From Spirochaetaceae bacterium (GTDB taxonomy: Bacteria; Spirochaetota; Spirochaetia; B11-G9): a stretch of DNA of 33,374 nucleotides. Where the stretch lies: the NCBI GenBank assembly GCA_030600745.1, contig JAUVLL010000001.1, forward strand, positions 1 to 33,374, given 5' to 3'. Every line of letters starts with the position of its first letter. Positions within the stretch are counted from its first letter, which is position 1. Both the position numbers and the translations under genes were made by a program. Of the stretch, positions 32,501 through 33,374 are shown piece by piece. The notes beneath the pieces are model-generated. The model was not told the origin of the DNA and did no database searches. It worked only from the letters and a program-made list of their open reading frames with translations.

Positions 32501-33374
32501 GGGTGTTGCTTCAGAGCTCTCAAGAAAGGCGAGAACAGAAGCTGACATAAACGAAATCAGAAAGATGCAGGATGAAATTTCCATGATAAGCGGGGAAATT
32601 GAGATTAAACTTGCGGAGATTGGCAGTTTCTTCGGTTCCATCCCGGTATTTGATCCTGAAAAAATACTTACCGGTCCAACGGAGTATACGTTTTACAGAC
32701 CGATAGTTTATCAGCAGAGGGGTAACAATGAGAAGTTTTACCAGGGTACTGTCAGGCTGCAGATATCTACTGAAGAAATAATAAGGGAGATTGAAACTTC
32801 CAGAAAGGCACTTATAAAACGTACTGTTATTATTGCTCTCATAGCAATGGTTCCTGGAATAATTGGTGCTCTTGTTCTTGCTTCCATAATTATCAGTCCT
32901 ATTAACCATCTTTTAAAGAAGGTGGAAGAGATCAGAGACACTGAGGACCACATTGACCTTAAAGATTTCAGTGTGAGCGTAAAAACTCATGATGAGATTT
33001 CCCGTCTTGCAGAAGCAGTTAATCAGATGAGCAAGGGGTTGTATAAAGCTGCCCAGGCAAGTGTAGAATTGAGAGTTGGTAAAGATGTTCAGAAGCAGTT
33101 CCTGCCTTTGGAAAAAAACGCAAAAGGGGAAAAAACATCAATAGCCAGGAAGGAAACCGATTATATAGAATTCTTTGGATACTACGAAGGAGCCAAGGGA
33201 GTTTCCGGTGATTATTTTGATTTTGTCGAGATTGATAAAGACAGATATGCTGTTATTAAGTGCGATATTTCCGGGAAAGGAGTCTCTGCTTCCTTGATTA
33301 TGGCAGCTGTCGCAACAATTTTTCATTCTTATTTTAATGACTGGAAGCGGGATAATGAAAGAAGGAAAAATATT
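29529..33374 (+). CDS. Giant membrane sensor PP2C phosphatase (BNR/Asp-box propeller, two Ig/FN3-like modules, TM segments, second extracytoplasmic loop, HAMP, SpoIIE domain); 3'-partial and runs off the window
   Basis: This ORF is not in the supplied track because it has no stop in the window. I translated frame 3 by hand from 29529 to 33374 (1282 codons) and saw no stop. The upstream in-frame stop is at 29499-29501. The TTG at 29529 is the only canonical start before the signal/anchor 'YSFFFFLLVLIFLHPFILSA', and it overlaps the upstream TGA (cTTTGAtt). Asp-boxes are 'SSDNGESF' and 'SSRDRGLTW'. HAMP: 'ISPINHLLKKVEEI...HDEISRLAEAVNQMSKGL'. SpoIIE/PP2C: 'GVSGDYFDF...VIKCDISGKGVSASLIMAAV'. Confidence 0.88.
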   Translation, partial: MIRNRSIIQQYSFFFFLLVLIFLHPFILSARELFWENPEVLVGNNVWFPLTAYNAESSVIMWQEFDETDSGSVEMSISLMTAIDGNSWIKHHKVLGPFPFTGDKVSISSIVVDNSGLIYIALSSSTEGILIYVSSDNGESFKLIGKPGGEDITTVSPKLFLTGSGSFILFVTQSVIENRSAFNQERTLGIAYSVSSNGRFWSDYAPLVSGSTFSNVYLPFHVSSGSIEHVIFQASHKESRFYQLYHISSRDRGLTWSTPALITDISENGNRFADFDNQRVFFKEFHGNLYVLWERKLGDGSALPYYGELDIDRGVLNRVEQISGEGISTNPVNNPQLYINHGLPVALWYNNIGQVVIAGRENDEWTGIDIPGQTSGGLSNFCRFLSVENEMNIVWQSDIGDSSGLTRLAQDKSVSDITVFPVNFKSSALNQDRYTVNWNLPSDSSGIAGFSYSLDRNEKGTSPETIMIKRRDDRSVSFTVLKDGEWFIHLRAVDYAGNWSSPSTLKFIRDTTPPGKVVFQLPETDEAGYLLSNTGSLDWEAPAGEAAAGYSHRIQYLANLTYTGDFSGFNILPAPGSSGNRDTSYRYYNQDNGLWSFTVTAFDAAGNQGEPATIFLSMNRYIPVTYITRLSAVQDDLGIITIRIQGRGFSVGGKISTIILDRDKKEPFDYVYEPDSGYFGVLSDRIIDGLKISEMDEGSYYIGLVHPSRGFSFSSEKLKFESTGTVKFGNFSILDNGEGSNLVLKKLLTLSANRIFFGVVMILLLIMIIFAFLRIMALVRESRYIKMEVQALVNNRVLPSEKRIERIRNMQKRGMGLRIKFALLVTSLVLLVVIMVSYSLSMFMVSTQQKNLTDGLAQTTEVLINSVNTAAGKYLQENNTLELKRLPSQIESMSAARFLTITGPGAASENKNTVEYLWVTNDSNIRDKVDISNFETEDDLLSGLPGGARFSEGSLTMNDNLSADVSELADSINIQGIESVGVLSKELTRLQGVASELSRKARTEADINEIRKMQDEISMISGEIEIKLAEIGSFFGSIPVFDPEKILTGPTEYTFYRPIVYQQRGNNEKFYQGTVRLQISTEEIIREIETSRKALIKRTVIIALIAMVPGIIGALVLASIIISPINHLLKKVEEIRDTEDHIDLKDFSVSVKTHDEISRLAEAVNQMSKGLYKAAQASVELRVGKDVQKQFLPLEKNAKGEKTSIARKETDYIEFFGYYEGAKGVSGDYFDFVEIDKDRYAVIKCDISGKGVSASLIMAAVATIFHSYFNDWKRDNERRKNI

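Noticed and set aside
11603-33326. Remaining short track ORFs (11603-11809, 12195-12470, 12667-12894, 12973-13272, 13454-13915, 15440-15703, 16049-16231, 16141-16512, 17561-18822 group, 21080-21301, 22505-22699, 26759-27058, 27714-28119, 28955-29227, 29595-29804, 30097-30291, 32153-32953 group, 33138-33326).
   Set aside because: Each overlaps a well-supported gene on the same or the opposite strand, including the unlisted long ORF at 29529-33374, and shows no recognisable motif.

Overview
This is a 33.4-kb AT-rich bacterial chromosomal segment (about 35-40% GC by eye), densely coding on both strands. The gene content (LplABC-type CUT1 transporter, GlnRS, a giant HAMP-SpoIIE sensor phosphatase, TPR and beta-barrel envelope proteins) would fit a free-living anaerobe such as a spirochaete. 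Taxonomy cannot be settled without a database search.

Layout:
(i) 1-1460 is a decayed region. It holds an intact HUH/Y1 (IS200-TnpA / RAYT-like) transposase gene, a repeated 13-mer, and remnants of an RCC1-like and a HigA-like gene.
(ii) 1523-12455 is the most unusual part. A LacI-family repressor with two double 12-bp operators precedes a tightly packed co-directional operon: ARH-fold hydrolase, two CUT1 permeases, a lipoprotein binding protein, a 700-aa ARH-lectin fusion, a SucC-like ATP-grasp subunit carrying a C-terminal 2x[4Fe-4S]-type Cys domain, a SucD-like subunit, and a short citrate-synthase-fold (citryl-CoA-lyase-like) protein. I know of no described pathway that combines these modules.
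(iii) 12.6-25.2 kb carries housekeeping and miscellaneous genes: TerB-like protein, inositol monophosphatase (IMPase) with a coupled MshEN-like mini-protein, DD-carboxypeptidase, OsmC, RlmK-like methyltransferase, glnS, a LivJ-like binding protein with a 4-Cys mini-protein, a divergent HAMP histidine kinase, a PHP phosphatase, a TrpR-like protein and two membrane proteins.
(iv) 25.2-33.4 kb is an envelope/signalling cluster: a beta-barrel/TPR outer-membrane protein, a 1008-aa secreted helical-repeat protein, and a >1281-aa BNR/HAMP/SpoIIE phosphatase. The last ORF runs off the window and is absent from the supplied ORF track.

A family of GC-rich, GTAG-containing palindromes (core GTAGGGGCG; REP-like) is scattered through the window, and at least one copy lies in frame inside a coding sequence. 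No rRNA, tRNA or CRISPR array was found.
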